A stretch of DNA of 64,000 nucleotides from Candidatus Micrarchaeia archaeon (GTDB taxonomy: Archaea; Micrarchaeota; Micrarchaeia; Burarchaeales; Fermentimicrarchaeaceae), in contig JAVZHX010000001.1 in NCBI GenBank assembly GCA_038871515.1, positions 256,001-320,000 of the forward strand. Direction: 5' to 3'. Under the pieces are notes generated by a model. That model had not been told where the DNA came from. It did no database searches and saw only the letters and a list, made by a program, of their open reading frames with translations. The number at the start of each line of letters is the position of its first letter. Positions within the stretch are counted from its first letter, which is position 1. Positions 48,686 to 58,032 of this stretch are shown here, piece after piece. The translations under genes and the position numbers were made by a program.

Positions 48686-49639
48686 ATGGAGCTTGCATTC
48701 TGCAGCAAATACCCATTCACTAAGGAGGCGAAGGAGTTGGTTAGCTCCGCAAAGGTGAGCGATGAGTTCAGGCTTGTTGAGATGGGAAAAGAGAGAGTTG
48801 CGCGAGCAATAAAGGACGGGGTTATACCAACAGTGAATTTTGAGCTTGATGAATCACAGATTCTTCTTCAGGTTACTTCATATGCGATAAGCAGAATGAT
48901 TGTTTCCATACTTGGAAGCAGGTATTACATAAACAGATACTCGGTTGCAGAGGCGAAGAGAGCAGGAAGGTATTTGGAGGGGGACACTGATGAGAATGTG
49001 CTGAGGGTGGCACGCGAGCTTGGAATTGAGTGCGAGATTGATGGCGACTACTCGGTGGGGTTTGAGAAGTATCTAAAATATGCGCCAAAATCTGTTGATT
49101 ACAAGCTTGTCAACAGAAAGTTGAAGGGAGGGGTGGTGAAGCTGAAGAGAAGCGAGTTCATCAGGTTGATTGAAGAGGCGGTGAAGATGAAAATTGAGTC
49201 GGAGCTGCCCCTCAGAGTTGAGAATGTGCCAGCGAATATAAGGAAAGCAGCTGAATCTGTTAGGGCAAGCATCCCAAAGGAGCCAGTTCCGGCAAAAATC
49301 GCTCAAAAAGGCGATTTTCCACCATGCATAAAAAAACTGCTGGATGATTTGAAAACTGTTGAGAATTTGGGGCATACTGCGAGGTGGGCTTTGGCAGTCT
49401 ATCTTCTCAACAGCGGGATGAGTGTTGATGAGGTGGTGAGAATTTTCTCAACGTCTCCTGATTTTGATGAGAGAGTCACGCGGTATCAGGTTGAGCATGC
49501 GCAGAAAAGAGGTTATAAAATGCCAAGCTGCGCAAGCATGGATTCAAATGGGTTGTGCGTTGCAAACTGCGGGGTGAAAAACCCACTTAGCTATAGGAGG
49601 GGAGTTGTTGGAGTTACAGCTGAGGGTGAAAAACCCTGA
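48686..49639 (+). CDS. priL: DNA primase large subunit
   Basis: KYPF, FPPCIK, PDFDERVTRYQVEH, PSC. Confidence 0.93.
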   Translation: MELAFCSKYPFTKEAKELVSSAKVSDEFRLVEMGKERVARAIKDGVIPTVNFELDESQILLQVTSYAISRMIVSILGSRYYINRYSVAEAKRAGRYLEGDTDENVLRVARELGIECEIDGDYSVGFEKYLKYAPKSVDYKLVNRKLKGGVVKLKRSEFIRLIEEAVKMKIESELPLRVENVPANIRKAAESVRASIPKEPVPAKIAQKGDFPPCIKKLLDDLKTVENLGHTARWALAVYLLNSGMSVDEVVRIFSTSPDFDERVTRYQVEHAQKRGYKMPSCASMDSNGLCVANCGVKNPLSYRRGVVGVTAEGEKP

Positions 49640-50774
49640 AGAGGATTATGCAAGAAGTAAATTCAGGCAGTATTACGAGAGGAATGAGATTAAACCTCCA
49701 GAGCAGATTGAGAAAAGGGAGTGGGGTTTTGGTGGGTGGGAGAAGAAAATAGAGGTGAGGCACCTTCAGATAGCCAGTAAGGATGAGCTTAAGAGCAGGC
49801 TTGTGAGGGATGCTCCTCTCTTTGTCTCGTATTCAACTGCGTATTACGAGTTTCCTGACATGCGCCCAATGGAAAAGAAGAATTGGCAAGGTGCGGATTT
49901 GGTTTTTGATTTGGATTCGGATCATTTGGAAGTGCCGTGCAAGAAAACTCACGGAAGCAAGTGGGTATGCGATAGCTGTCTTGAAAAGGTAAAGGAGGAA
50001 ACGGTTAGGTTGATTGAGCAGTTTTTAATTCCTGACTTTGGCTTCTCAAAGAAGGAAATTGAGGTGAACTTCTCTGGGAATAGGGGGTATCATGTGCACG
50101 TGAAAAAGGAATCCGTCAGGGAGCTTGGGGGGTATGCGAGAAGGGAGATTGTGGATTATTTGAGTGGCACGGGAGTGGATTTTGAAGCAGTTGGCTTCAC
50201 TTACGAAATGGTATCTGAGAGAAGGGAGAGAAAACTTGTTGGGCCAAAACCAAGCGATGCTGGTTGGGCAGGGAGAATTGCAAGGTTTGTTAGGGAGGCT
50301 GCTGTGGAGGGAAAGCTTGGGGAGGTTGGGGTGGAGGAGAGGGATGCGAGAAAAATTTACAAAAGAGTTGGGGAGTTCGCGCGTTTAATTGAGCAGGGGA
50401 ATTGGGATGCGGTGAAAATTCAGAATAAGGATAAGTTTTGGAGAGGAGTTGTTGGAAGGTTGGGGGTGAAGCTGGGTGATAGAATAGATCAGAACGTTAC
50501 TGCGGATGCGACAAAGCTGATACGCCTTCCAGACAGCCTGCACGGGGAAAGTGGGCTTGTTGCGAGGAGAGTTGGAAGTATTGATTCCTTCGATCCTTTG
50601 AAGGATGCAGTTGTTTTCGGTGAGCAACCAGTAAGGATTAAAATTAGGAATGCACCTGAATTTAGGTTGGGTGAACAAACCTTCGGCCCATTCAGGAATG
50701 AGGAGAGGGAGCTGCCGGAGAGAGCAGCTTTATTCCTGATTTGCAAGAAGGAGGCAGTTTTATGGAAGAGCTGA
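49605..50774 (+). CDS. priS: DNA primase small subunit
   Basis: REWGF, DLVFDLD, FSGNRGYH, LIRLPDSLHG. Confidence 0.96.
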   Translation: MLELQLRVKNPEEDYARSKFRQYYERNEIKPPEQIEKREWGFGGWEKKIEVRHLQIASKDELKSRLVRDAPLFVSYSTAYYEFPDMRPMEKKNWQGADLVFDLDSDHLEVPCKKTHGSKWVCDSCLEKVKEETVRLIEQFLIPDFGFSKKEIEVNFSGNRGYHVHVKKESVRELGGYARREIVDYLSGTGVDFEAVGFTYEMVSERRERKLVGPKPSDAGWAGRIARFVREAAVEGKLGEVGVEERDARKIYKRVGEFARLIEQGNWDAVKIQNKDKFWRGVVGRLGVKLGDRIDQNVTADATKLIRLPDSLHGESGLVARRVGSIDSFDPLKDAVVFGEQPVRIKIRNAPEFRLGEQTFGPFRNEERELPERAALFLICKKEAVLWKS

Positions 50775-51304
50775 CGTATGAGGAATTGAGAAGAATTCAG
50801 GCTAGGGAGAGGGCGAGCCCAGTTCTTCAGAGCTTGCCTCAGGGTTTTTACAAAGCTGTGGGGAAGTTGATTGAAAAAAAGAACAGCTCCCTTAAAAGTA
50901 ACTTCAGTTTAACAGAAGCAAAGGAATATGAAAATATACTAAAAGTTATTGAGGATATTTATGAGAGGAGGAAGCAGAAGATAGTGATGAAAGCGATGAG
51001 GAGCGGGGAGGAGGGCGCTTTGGCTGAGGAGGAGAAGGAGTTCTTCAGCAAGATTCGCAAGGTGATTGAGGAGGAAGCTGAGAGTTTTAAAAAGAATATT
51101 GGAGTTGTTGAGGGGGAGAGGGAAAGTATTAAAAGAATTAAAATTTTAAAACACCTTCCCAAGTTCGTTGGAAGCGATTTGAAGGTTTATGGTCCTTTTG
51201 AGGAGGGGGCAAGCGTTGAGCTGCCTGAGAGAGAGGCGCAGCTTCTTGTGAGGAGAGGAGTTGCGGAGTATACAGGAGGTGTCAAGGATGAAGTTCCCAA
51301 ATGA
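50762..51304 (+). CDS. GINS subunit (Gins51/15-type)
   Basis: LTYEELRRIQARER, RRKQKI, FVGSDLKVYGPF; usual position after priS. Confidence 0.85.
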   Translation: MEELTYEELRRIQARERASPVLQSLPQGFYKAVGKLIEKKNSSLKSNFSLTEAKEYENILKVIEDIYERRKQKIVMKAMRSGEEGALAEEEKEFFSKIRKVIEEEAESFKKNIGVVEGERESIKRIKILKHLPKFVGSDLKVYGPFEEGASVELPEREAQLLVRRGVAEYTGGVKDEVPK

Positions 51305-51569
51305 AATAAACACATACTGCCCAAAGTGCAGAAAGAAAACGAAGCATAAGGTAAAAGTTGCTTCAAAAGGAAGAGCAAGGAGCATGGCTTGGGGTAACAG
51401 ACAGCACGAGAGAAAGATAAAGGGGTATGTTGGAAAGGTTGCTGGTGAGAAGCCAGTTAGAAAGCAGGGGAAGAAGCAGAAATTAATTTTGGAGTGCACT
51501 GTCTGCAAGAAGAAGCAGGAGAGAATTGTTGGGAAGAGGACAAAGAAGAAAATTGAAGTTAAGGCTTGA
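51288..51569 (+). CDS. rpl44e: 50S ribosomal protein L44e
   Basis: TYCPKCRKKTKHKV, GYVG, LECTVC. Confidence 0.95.
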   Translation: MKFPNEINTYCPKCRKKTKHKVKVASKGRARSMAWGNRQHERKIKGYVGKVAGEKPVRKQGKKQKLILECTVCKKKQERIVGKRTKKKIEVKA

Positions 51570-51578
51570 GGTGTTTCC

Positions 51579-51740
51579 ATGAGCAAATTTTTAAGGGTGA
51601 AGTGCGAGTGCGGAAATGAGCAGAATATTTTTGGGAATGCAAGCAGCGTTATTAAATGCCTTGTGTGCAACAGAACGCTGGCTGAGCCAACTGGCTCAAG
51701 GGTGAAGGTGCACGGAAAAGTTGTGAAAGTGATGGGTTGA
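51579..51740 (+). CDS. rps27e: 30S ribosomal protein S27e
   Basis: Hand translation MSKFLRVKCECGNEQNIFGNASSVIKCLVCNRTLAEPTG. Confidence 0.95.
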   Translation: MSKFLRVKCECGNEQNIFGNASSVIKCLVCNRTLAEPTGSRVKVHGKVVKVMG

Positions 51741-51744
51741 GCGC

Positions 51745-52524
51745 ATGAGTTTGAAAGGAGAGCCAGAGCTGGATGAGTTCGTGATTGCTACTGTTAAGAA
51801 GATTTTTCCGTACGGTGCTTTCTGCACCCTTGATGAGTATGATGGAAGGGAAGCATTCCTTCATGTTTCTGAGGTTGCTCCGCGTTGGATAAAGAACATA
51901 CACGAGTTTCTGAAGGAGGATCAGAAAATTGTTGCAAGAATTTTGAGAATTGTCCCTGAAAAGAATCAGATTGACCTTTCCCTGAAAAGAGTCAGCGAGG
52001 CGGATAGGAGGAGGAAGATTGAGGATTATAGGAGGGAGAAGAGAGCAGTGAAGCTGTTTGAGATTGTGGAGTCAAGAATTGGCAAACCGCATGAGGAAGT
52101 TTGGAAGGGGATGGGGGAGGAGCTTGTTGAAAAATTTGGAAACCTTTACTCCGCGTTTGAAGAAATTGTGCGCGATAAAAGATGTGTTGATTCATTGAAA
52201 GCACCGGAGGAATGGAAGAGGGTGCTTGTTGAAGTTGTTTGCGATAGTATAAAAATACCACAAGTTAAAGTGAGTGGAACTCTTAATCTTACGTGCAGGG
52301 AGCCTGATGGAGTTGAAGTTATTAAGAAAGCATTATCGGAAGCAAAAGAAAGTGGAGGAAAGAATGCTGAGATAATCTACCTTGGCGCTCCGAGGTATAA
52401 GCTAAGCGTTACTGCGCTGGATTACAAGAAAGCTGAGAAAGTTATTGATGAGATGGTTGAGAAAGTTAAGGAGTGCATGAAAGGAAAAGAAGGAGCTGTT
52501 AAGTTCGAGAGGGATGAAGTGTAA
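51745..52524 (+). CDS. eif2a: Translation initiation factor 2 alpha
   Basis: S1 domain YGAFCTLDEY..LHVSEV, IDLSLKRV, YLGAPRY. Confidence 0.96.
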   Translation: MSLKGEPELDEFVIATVKKIFPYGAFCTLDEYDGREAFLHVSEVAPRWIKNIHEFLKEDQKIVARILRIVPEKNQIDLSLKRVSEADRRRKIEDYRREKRAVKLFEIVESRIGKPHEEVWKGMGEELVEKFGNLYSAFEEIVRDKRCVDSLKAPEEWKRVLVEVVCDSIKIPQVKVSGTLNLTCREPDGVEVIKKALSEAKESGGKNAEIIYLGAPRYKLSVTALDYKKAEKVIDEMVEKVKECMKGKEGAVKFERDEV

Positions 52525-52686
52525 ATGGAAAAGCTGAAAAAATGTGAGAGGTGTGGCTTGTACACAATGAAGGAGCAATGCCCGAAGTGTGGTGAGAGAA
52601 CTAGAAGCGCACATCCACCAAAGTTTTCCCCAGAGGATAAATACGGGAAATACAGGAGGATGGCGAGGTTTGGTGGTGTTGTATGA
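52525..52686 (+). CDS. nop10: H/ACA RNP protein Nop10
   Basis: Hand translation KCERCGLYTMKEQCPKCG..HPPKFSPEDKYGKYRR. Confidence 0.95.
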   Translation: MEKLKKCERCGLYTMKEQCPKCGERTRSAHPPKFSPEDKYGKYRRMARFGGVV

Positions 52687-53456
52687 AAGGGACTTTTATA
52701 ATTTCAAAAAAAGGAGTTAAGCTGAAAAACCCAATTCTGATAGAGGGGCTGCCAGGCATTGGCTTGGTTGGAAAGCTTGCAACTGAGCATTTGATAAAGG
52801 AGCTGAAAGCAGAGAAGGTTGCTGAGCTGTATTCGGAGCACTTCCCGCATCAGGTGCTTATGCTGAAGAAAGGGACGTTGAGGATGCTGAAGAATAAATT
52901 CTATGCTTGGAAAAACCCAAAGAGGAATGAGAATGACCTTCTTCTGCTTGTCGGAGACGTGCAGGCGGTAACACCTGAAGCCCAGTTCAGAGTTTGCAAT
53001 GCAATACTGGATTATTTTGAGAAGATGAAGGGAAAAACAATATACACTTTAGGCGGTTATGGAGTTGGAAAGATTGTTGAAACGCCAAGAGTTTTTGGCT
53101 CAGCAACTCATCCAGAAGTTGTTGAGGAGCTTAAAAAATATGGGGTTGTTTTTGGGGAAGCAAACGGCTCAATTATTGGAGCTGCTGGGCTTCTGCTTGG
53201 TTTGGGGAAAATAAGAAGAATGAGGGGAGCATGCCTTATGGGGGAAACCCACGGCGGTTATGTTGATGCAAAATCAGCAAAAAGCGTTTTGAGCGTGCTC
53301 ACAAAAATAATTGGTGTGCAGGTTGATTTGAACAAGCTTGAGGAGAGGGCTAAGGAAACTGAAAAGTTTATGAAGAGGATGGAGGCAGAAATTGAAAAGC
53401 AGAAAAGCGGCAGGGAGGGAGTGCTGAAAGGGGATGAGCTGAGTTACATAAGATGA
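52683..53456 (+). CDS. PAC2-family proteasome assembly chaperone
   Basis: IEGLPGIGLVGKLA, IIGAAGLLLG, CLMGET. Confidence 0.92.
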   Translation: MKGTFIISKKGVKLKNPILIEGLPGIGLVGKLATEHLIKELKAEKVAELYSEHFPHQVLMLKKGTLRMLKNKFYAWKNPKRNENDLLLLVGDVQAVTPEAQFRVCNAILDYFEKMKGKTIYTLGGYGVGKIVETPRVFGSATHPEVVEELKKYGVVFGEANGSIIGAAGLLLGLGKIRRMRGACLMGETHGGYVDAKSAKSVLSVLTKIIGVQVDLNKLEERAKETEKFMKRMEAEIEKQKSGREGVLKGDELSYIR

Positions 53457-53457
53457 A

Positions 53458-53590
53458 GCGGCCGTCATCTAGAGGCACCCAGCGTGCGCTGGTGCTGGAT
53501 AACCTGGTGGGCTTGAGGAATGCTCAAGCTCGGGCAGTAGGATCTGAGCTTCCCAAGCTCAATGCCCGGGTTCAAATCCCGGCGGCCGCA
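53458..53590 (+). tRNA. tRNA-Gly(CCC) with two 30-nt D-loop introns (53473-53502 at 15/16; 53508-53537 at 19/20)
   Basis: Removing both gives GCGGCCGTCATCTAGCCTGGTAGGATCTGAGCTTCCCAAGCTCA..., colinear with the adjacent intronless tRNA-Gly; both junctions have BHB/BHL geometry. Confidence 0.93.
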
Positions 53591-53593
53591 TAT

Positions 53594-53666
53594 GCGACCG
53601 TAGTCTAGCCTGGTAGGACTTTGGCCTTCCAAGCCAACGACCCGGGTTCAAATCCCGGCGGTCGCA
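53594..53666 (+). tRNA. tRNA-Gly(TCC)
   Basis: GCGACCG...CGGTCGC-A; anticodon arm TTGGC-CTTCCAA-GCCAA. Confidence 0.96.
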
Positions 53667-53667
53667 C

Positions 53668-54849
53668 TCATTTTAATAAAAAGTAACCAACAGAAAAACA
53701 ATCGCCAAGCCCAACTGTTATTTTCGGTTGAGGGATGAGCAGGGCGGGCGCAAAGGATGCATCGTTTTTGAATTTTGTTTTTTTGAATTCCTGATATTTT
53801 TTAACTCCCTTCCTATTCACCTTTGCTTCTTTTAAAAACCTCTCAAGCTCTGCAAATGAAGCATTCCTCCCTGTTGCCGCTTTGTATGCCGCAAGAAGAG
53901 AGCCGAAAAGCAAACCTTCCTGGCTGGGTTTGCCAACGTCAAATGAAAATGAAGGGGAATGGAATACAATGCTGTTGAATCTTTCGCACAATTCATCGCA
54001 CGCTTCCAATAAGTTTCTATTTATCCGAAGCGCTTGCTTCAGCTGTTTCAACTCATACTCATCAAACCCAACGCTGCTGGAAAGAGGGAGGATGTTTGAT
54101 GCAACCTCGCGGAGTATTTTCGAACTTTGGAAGTTTCCAAGCTCAACATGAATTTTTATTTTTCTGTTAATCCTCCTCCACTCCTCAAGCTGATTTGCCA
54201 CTTCCTCTATTCTATGTTTAAATCTATCCTTCAAAGTCAAATTGTGAAAACCAGATATGAAAACGTGGTTGAGTTTTTTGATTATCTCTTTGCTGCACCT
54301 TGCAAATTCCTCATCAATTTTCATAACTGAGTTGCGAGGGTTCCATGAAAGGATGAGGCGGTTGGAAGATGGTGCAACAAATCTGCCAAGCCTATAACCT
54401 TTTTTGAATTCAAGCACAAGGTGAATTGGCACCTCACAGCTCACGGAAACTCTGTCAGCTGTTTTGAAACAATTCCTTGCAACAAAAATATTTTCTGGTT
54501 TTTCAAATAATTTCATCTGCTTTCTGTCTTTTAATAAAACATGCACATAGGAGCGCACGCCGAGCATTGAGGCAGCATTCGCCATATTGCCCGCCTGCCC
54601 ACCCATCCTCTCCTCATCAAAACCAAGCTTCTTAATAAGAGTTTTAATGGTTTTTTTGCTTGTTTGAATTTCCCTCTGCTTCCCTTCTTTAACACACGTG
54701 AGGAGAACACGTGATATTTGCTTTGGTGGTGTTTCATTTGTCAGGTGCTTTACAACATCCACATTAACATTATACGCAAACATTGCGTTTTTTGCAATTC
54801 CCTTTCTTGCATGCTCAAGCGCACGCGCGTATAAGTCAACCCATTCCAT
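53668..54849 (-). CDS. ADP-dependent glucokinase/phosphofructokinase
   Basis: AYNVNVD, RMGGQAGNMAN, IHLVLEF, TVGLGD. Confidence 0.9.
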   Translation of the reverse strand: MEWVDLYARALEHARKGIAKNAMFAYNVNVDVVKHLTNETPPKQISRVLLTCVKEGKQREIQTSKKTIKTLIKKLGFDEERMGGQAGNMANAASMLGVRSYVHVLLKDRKQMKLFEKPENIFVARNCFKTADRVSVSCEVPIHLVLEFKKGYRLGRFVAPSSNRLILSWNPRNSVMKIDEEFARCSKEIIKKLNHVFISGFHNLTLKDRFKHRIEEVANQLEEWRRINRKIKIHVELGNFQSSKILREVASNILPLSSSVGFDEYELKQLKQALRINRNLLEACDELCERFNSIVFHSPSFSFDVGKPSQEGLLFGSLLAAYKAATGRNASFAELERFLKEAKVNRKGVKKYQEFKKTKFKNDASFAPALLIPQPKITVGLGDCFSVGYFLLK

Positions 54850-54870
54850 AATCAGTATGAGAAAGAGGAG

Positions 54871-55752
54871 TTATTTAAATTGATTGAATATGTGGCTTAG
54901 GAATTTGTAAATTAACTTTGCTGCAAGAAAATCGGAATGCGTTTCTCCAGGTATGGGGCAGAGCTCAACAACATCAAACCCAACAACGTTTCTTTTTGAG
55001 GCAACCTGCTTGAGAAGTGATAGCACTTCATACCAGTGAAGCCCACCTGGCTCCGGAGTTCCAACAGCCGGCACCTCGGACGGATCAAACACATCTAAAT
55101 CAATTGTTACATAGACATTCTTTTTCAGCTGAGGAATTATTTTTTCTTGTTTGAAATCCCTTGCATAGAAGATTTGAAGTTTTTTTCTCCTTGCAAACTC
55201 GGCTTCCCCCTTGCTTATGCTTCGTATTCCAACCTGAACAGTATGAGTTATTTCGGAAATTCTTCTCATAACTGAGGTGTGCCCGAATTTTGTTCCCTCA
55301 AACTCATCCCTCAAATCAGCATGAGCATCAAGCTGCAATACAGTTAATTCGCGGTGAATTTTTGAGAATGCTTTCACAACTCCAACTGAAATAGAGTGCT
55401 CCCCACCAAGAACGACTGGAAATTTTTTGTTTTCCAATATCTCCTGAACTGCTCTTTCAACTCTGTTCATTGTTTCTTGAGGTGAATTTCTTGACGGCTC
55501 AAGCTCATCAAGAGTATGTATTCCAATTGTTGCTGGTTCCCATCCCATCTCCTCATCATACAGCTCCATCTGCCTGGAAGCAGTGATGATTGCATGCGGT
55601 CCATTTCTCGTTCCAGCGGTGTAGCAAACTGTTGAGTCGTATGGAACAGGAAGCACAACAACTTTTGCTTTATTAAAATCAGCATGCTCAGGCTCCAAAC
55701 CAGCGAAGTTATATGGAGGTAGCGAGTGAAGCAATCTCATAGAATCACTCAA
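54871..55752 (-). CDS. speB: Agmatinase (ureohydrolase)
   Basis: GGEHSIS, DAHADLR, DLDVFDP, GTPEPGG. Confidence 0.93.
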   Translation of the reverse strand: MSDSMRLLHSLPPYNFAGLEPEHADFNKAKVVVLPVPYDSTVCYTAGTRNGPHAIITASRQMELYDEEMGWEPATIGIHTLDELEPSRNSPQETMNRVERAVQEILENKKFPVVLGGEHSISVGVVKAFSKIHRELTVLQLDAHADLRDEFEGTKFGHTSVMRRISEITHTVQVGIRSISKGEAEFARRKKLQIFYARDFKQEKIIPQLKKNVYVTIDLDVFDPSEVPAVGTPEPGGLHWYEVLSLLKQVASKRNVVGFDVVELCPIPGETHSDFLAAKLIYKFLSHIFNQFK

Positions 55753-56818
55753 ACTTCAATTTAAATTCACCAGGCTCCCACCTGAAAACCGGCTTCTTCC
55801 TTCTCTCAGCAATCCTCTCTGCTCTCTGCATAAGCGCATGCGCAACGATGGGAAGGGCAATTGTTGCATCGCAGTAGCACGTCACCATTTTAGCATTCGC
55901 ATCGTATTTTCCCCAGCTCTGAGACTCCTCAAGAGTGCAACCGCTCAAACCACCCCACTGCGGCGAATCCATCGTTATCTGCAATCCATAGTTATGGCTT
56001 CTGTTGTGCTTCGTCTGGTATGTTGCAATAACAGCAGCTTGCTGTATGTAGTTTTTGGGAACTCCTCCACCAATGTAGATGCCTGCTGTCACTTTTGCTT
56101 TTTCACATATTTTTGAAATTTCATCAACATCCTTTAGACAATCAATAATCACCCTCTTCTGAACTCTCCCTTTCTTAATTTGAGTGGCAGTGGGCTTTCT
56201 GTTGGCGAACATTATTGAAAAACCAAGCGAACTGTCATTAATCGCAGGGCAGAAGATTGGGACGTCTGCTCTATATGCGCTTACGAGTATTGAATTTCTG
56301 GCAGTTTTCCTCTCGCTCAACTTCTTTCCAAGTAAATAAATTATCTCCCTTGATGAGTATGGGTAACCATCCCTCAACTCCTGCGCAAACTCATTCATTA
56401 TCCACAAATCAGTTTTATAAAATCCTTTTTCATTTGCGAATATATCATATATTCTGTCAACGTAATGTTTTCTGAGAACCAAATCGTTCACATTCGGTGT
56501 CCCCAGGTAGTGCTTCCTCCCAAGCGCCTCATGGCAGTCATGATAGAGGTTTGCACCGCTTGACACAAGCACGTCAATCATTCTCTTTCTTATCAAGTAT
56601 GAAATTACTCTGCGCATGCCCGCTGGAACCATTGCGCCAGCCAACCCCATAAAGATAACAATTTCATTCTCCTCCAGCATGCTAACCCAGGCATCTGTTA
56701 ACTCACCAAGCTTTCTTCCCTGAAACCCAATATGCTTCATCTCCTCAACTAGCTCAGCTAAATCTTTGCTTGCAACCTTAACCGGTTTTGTTGGGTGCTT
56801 GAGAAATATATTTTTCAT
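55745..56818 (-). CDS. dys: Deoxyhypusine synthase
   Basis: GGGVPKN, GGLSGCTLEESQSWGK, CDATIALP. Confidence 0.92.
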   Translation of the reverse strand: MKNIFLKHPTKPVKVASKDLAELVEEMKHIGFQGRKLGELTDAWVSMLEENEIVIFMGLAGAMVPAGMRRVISYLIRKRMIDVLVSSGANLYHDCHEALGRKHYLGTPNVNDLVLRKHYVDRIYDIFANEKGFYKTDLWIMNEFAQELRDGYPYSSREIIYLLGKKLSERKTARNSILVSAYRADVPIFCPAINDSSLGFSIMFANRKPTATQIKKGRVQKRVIIDCLKDVDEISKICEKAKVTAGIYIGGGVPKNYIQQAAVIATYQTKHNRSHNYGLQITMDSPQWGGLSGCTLEESQSWGKYDANAKMVTCYCDATIALPIVAHALMQRAERIAERRKKPVFRWEPGEFKLKFE

Positions 56819-56887
56819 TCAATCTCCTTTAAATTGCAACACGTATAAAAAACAAATTCCCTCCAGTTACGTTATACGACAAACCAC

Positions 56888-57319
56888 TTATAAATTTTCT
56901 GTTTGTTTGAGAATTTTTTCATAAACTTCTCTGTATGGTTTCTTAAGCTTCGTTGATATTTTTTTCACATCCTCATACTCAGGTTTCACTCTTGGAAACC
57001 TTGGTGTTTCTGATACTTTTACCTTCACCTCTCCAAACTCTGTTTTTACTTTATAAATTTTCCTTTCAGCAACATACTTCACAAAATCAACCTTTCTCAC
57101 GCCAAGCGTCCCAGTCTCCGCCATAATAACCTCGGCAAGTTTTTTTGCTTTCCTCCTCTCGCATATCACCTGAAGCATAAAACCAGGTCTTCCTTTCTTT
57201 GCAATTATTGGGATGAAACAAACATCCTTCGCCCCTTCCTCAAAAAGCCTTTCCGCAACATAACCAAGTAGCTCGCCAGAAACATCATCAAGGTTTGTTT
57301 CAAGGATGCATTCAATCAA
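56888..57319 (-). CDS. larC: Nickel insertase LarC, C-terminal part
   Basis: LETNLDD, KKGRPG, ETGTLGVR, KPEYED. Confidence 0.9.
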   Translation of the reverse strand: MIECILETNLDDVSGELLGYVAERLFEEGAKDVCFIPIIAKKGRPGFMLQVICERRKAKKLAEVIMAETGTLGVRKVDFVKYVAERKIYKVKTEFGEVKVKVSETPRFPRVKPEYEDVKKISTKLKKPYREVYEKILKQTENL

Positions 57320-57323
57320 TGAA

Positions 57324-58001
57324 TCACCTCACAAGCCTAATGCGTAACACATTGGGAATCGGCAAGTCTGCGCTTCCGGCACCACACCCCTCCCGATAGC
57401 TGCCCATCCCCTCTAATTTTTCAACTCTTTTTGCTATGTTCACAAGTATGCTGGCTCCTGTTGGGGTGCATAGCTCATGCGGTAGATCTTTAGTGTAAAA
57501 ATCAAAGTTCCTGCTTTTCAGTATCATCAGAGAAGCAGGTGCTGGTTTCTTTCCCACCGCAACTGGGGTGGAGAGAACAGTTGATTCAAATGCTCCAAGT
57601 GCTGAGAAACCAACAGTTGCCCCAATTATATCAACAACTGTATCAATACAACCTATTTCATGGAGATGAACCTCATCATGTTTGTGAATTGCTCTTTCTG
57701 CCTCAATTATTGTTTCAAACGTATCCCAAGCGAATTTCATCTGCTCATCATCAAGCTCAAGTATATCGCCAGCAGAGCGTATCAGCTCAACCATTTTCAT
57801 AGGCGAGCAACGCTCATCCGAGTTTATTCTAAGCAGCTTCGCTCTGACTCCATTTTTGAATGTTTCGTCAAATGAAATATTAACTCCAAGAGATATTCTA
57901 ACGCTTTCTCTGATTTCGCTCTCAGCACCTAAATCCGCCAGAGCGCTCAGCACCATATCTCCTGAGCAACCCATTTCTGGAATGAAAAAGAACTGCGCCA
58001 T
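57324..58001 (-). CDS. larC: Nickel insertase LarC, N-terminal part
   Basis: GCSGDMVLSALADLG, VHLHEIGCIDTVVDI, ELCTPTGA, PNVLR. Confidence 0.9.
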   Translation of the reverse strand: MAQFFFIPEMGCSGDMVLSALADLGAESEIRESVRISLGVNISFDETFKNGVRAKLLRINSDERCSPMKMVELIRSAGDILELDDEQMKFAWDTFETIIEAERAIHKHDEVHLHEIGCIDTVVDIIGATVGFSALGAFESTVLSTPVAVGKKPAPASLMILKSRNFDFYTKDLPHELCTPTGASILVNIAKRVEKLEGMGSYREGCGAGSADLPIPNVLRIRLVR

Positions 58002-58032
58002 GTTTTTATAAAATGCATCTAAAATATTAAAT

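Noticed and set aside
57310..57335. Programmed frameshift joining larC halves
   Set aside because: Clean stop, separate SD and TTG start, and no slippery run; looks like two genes
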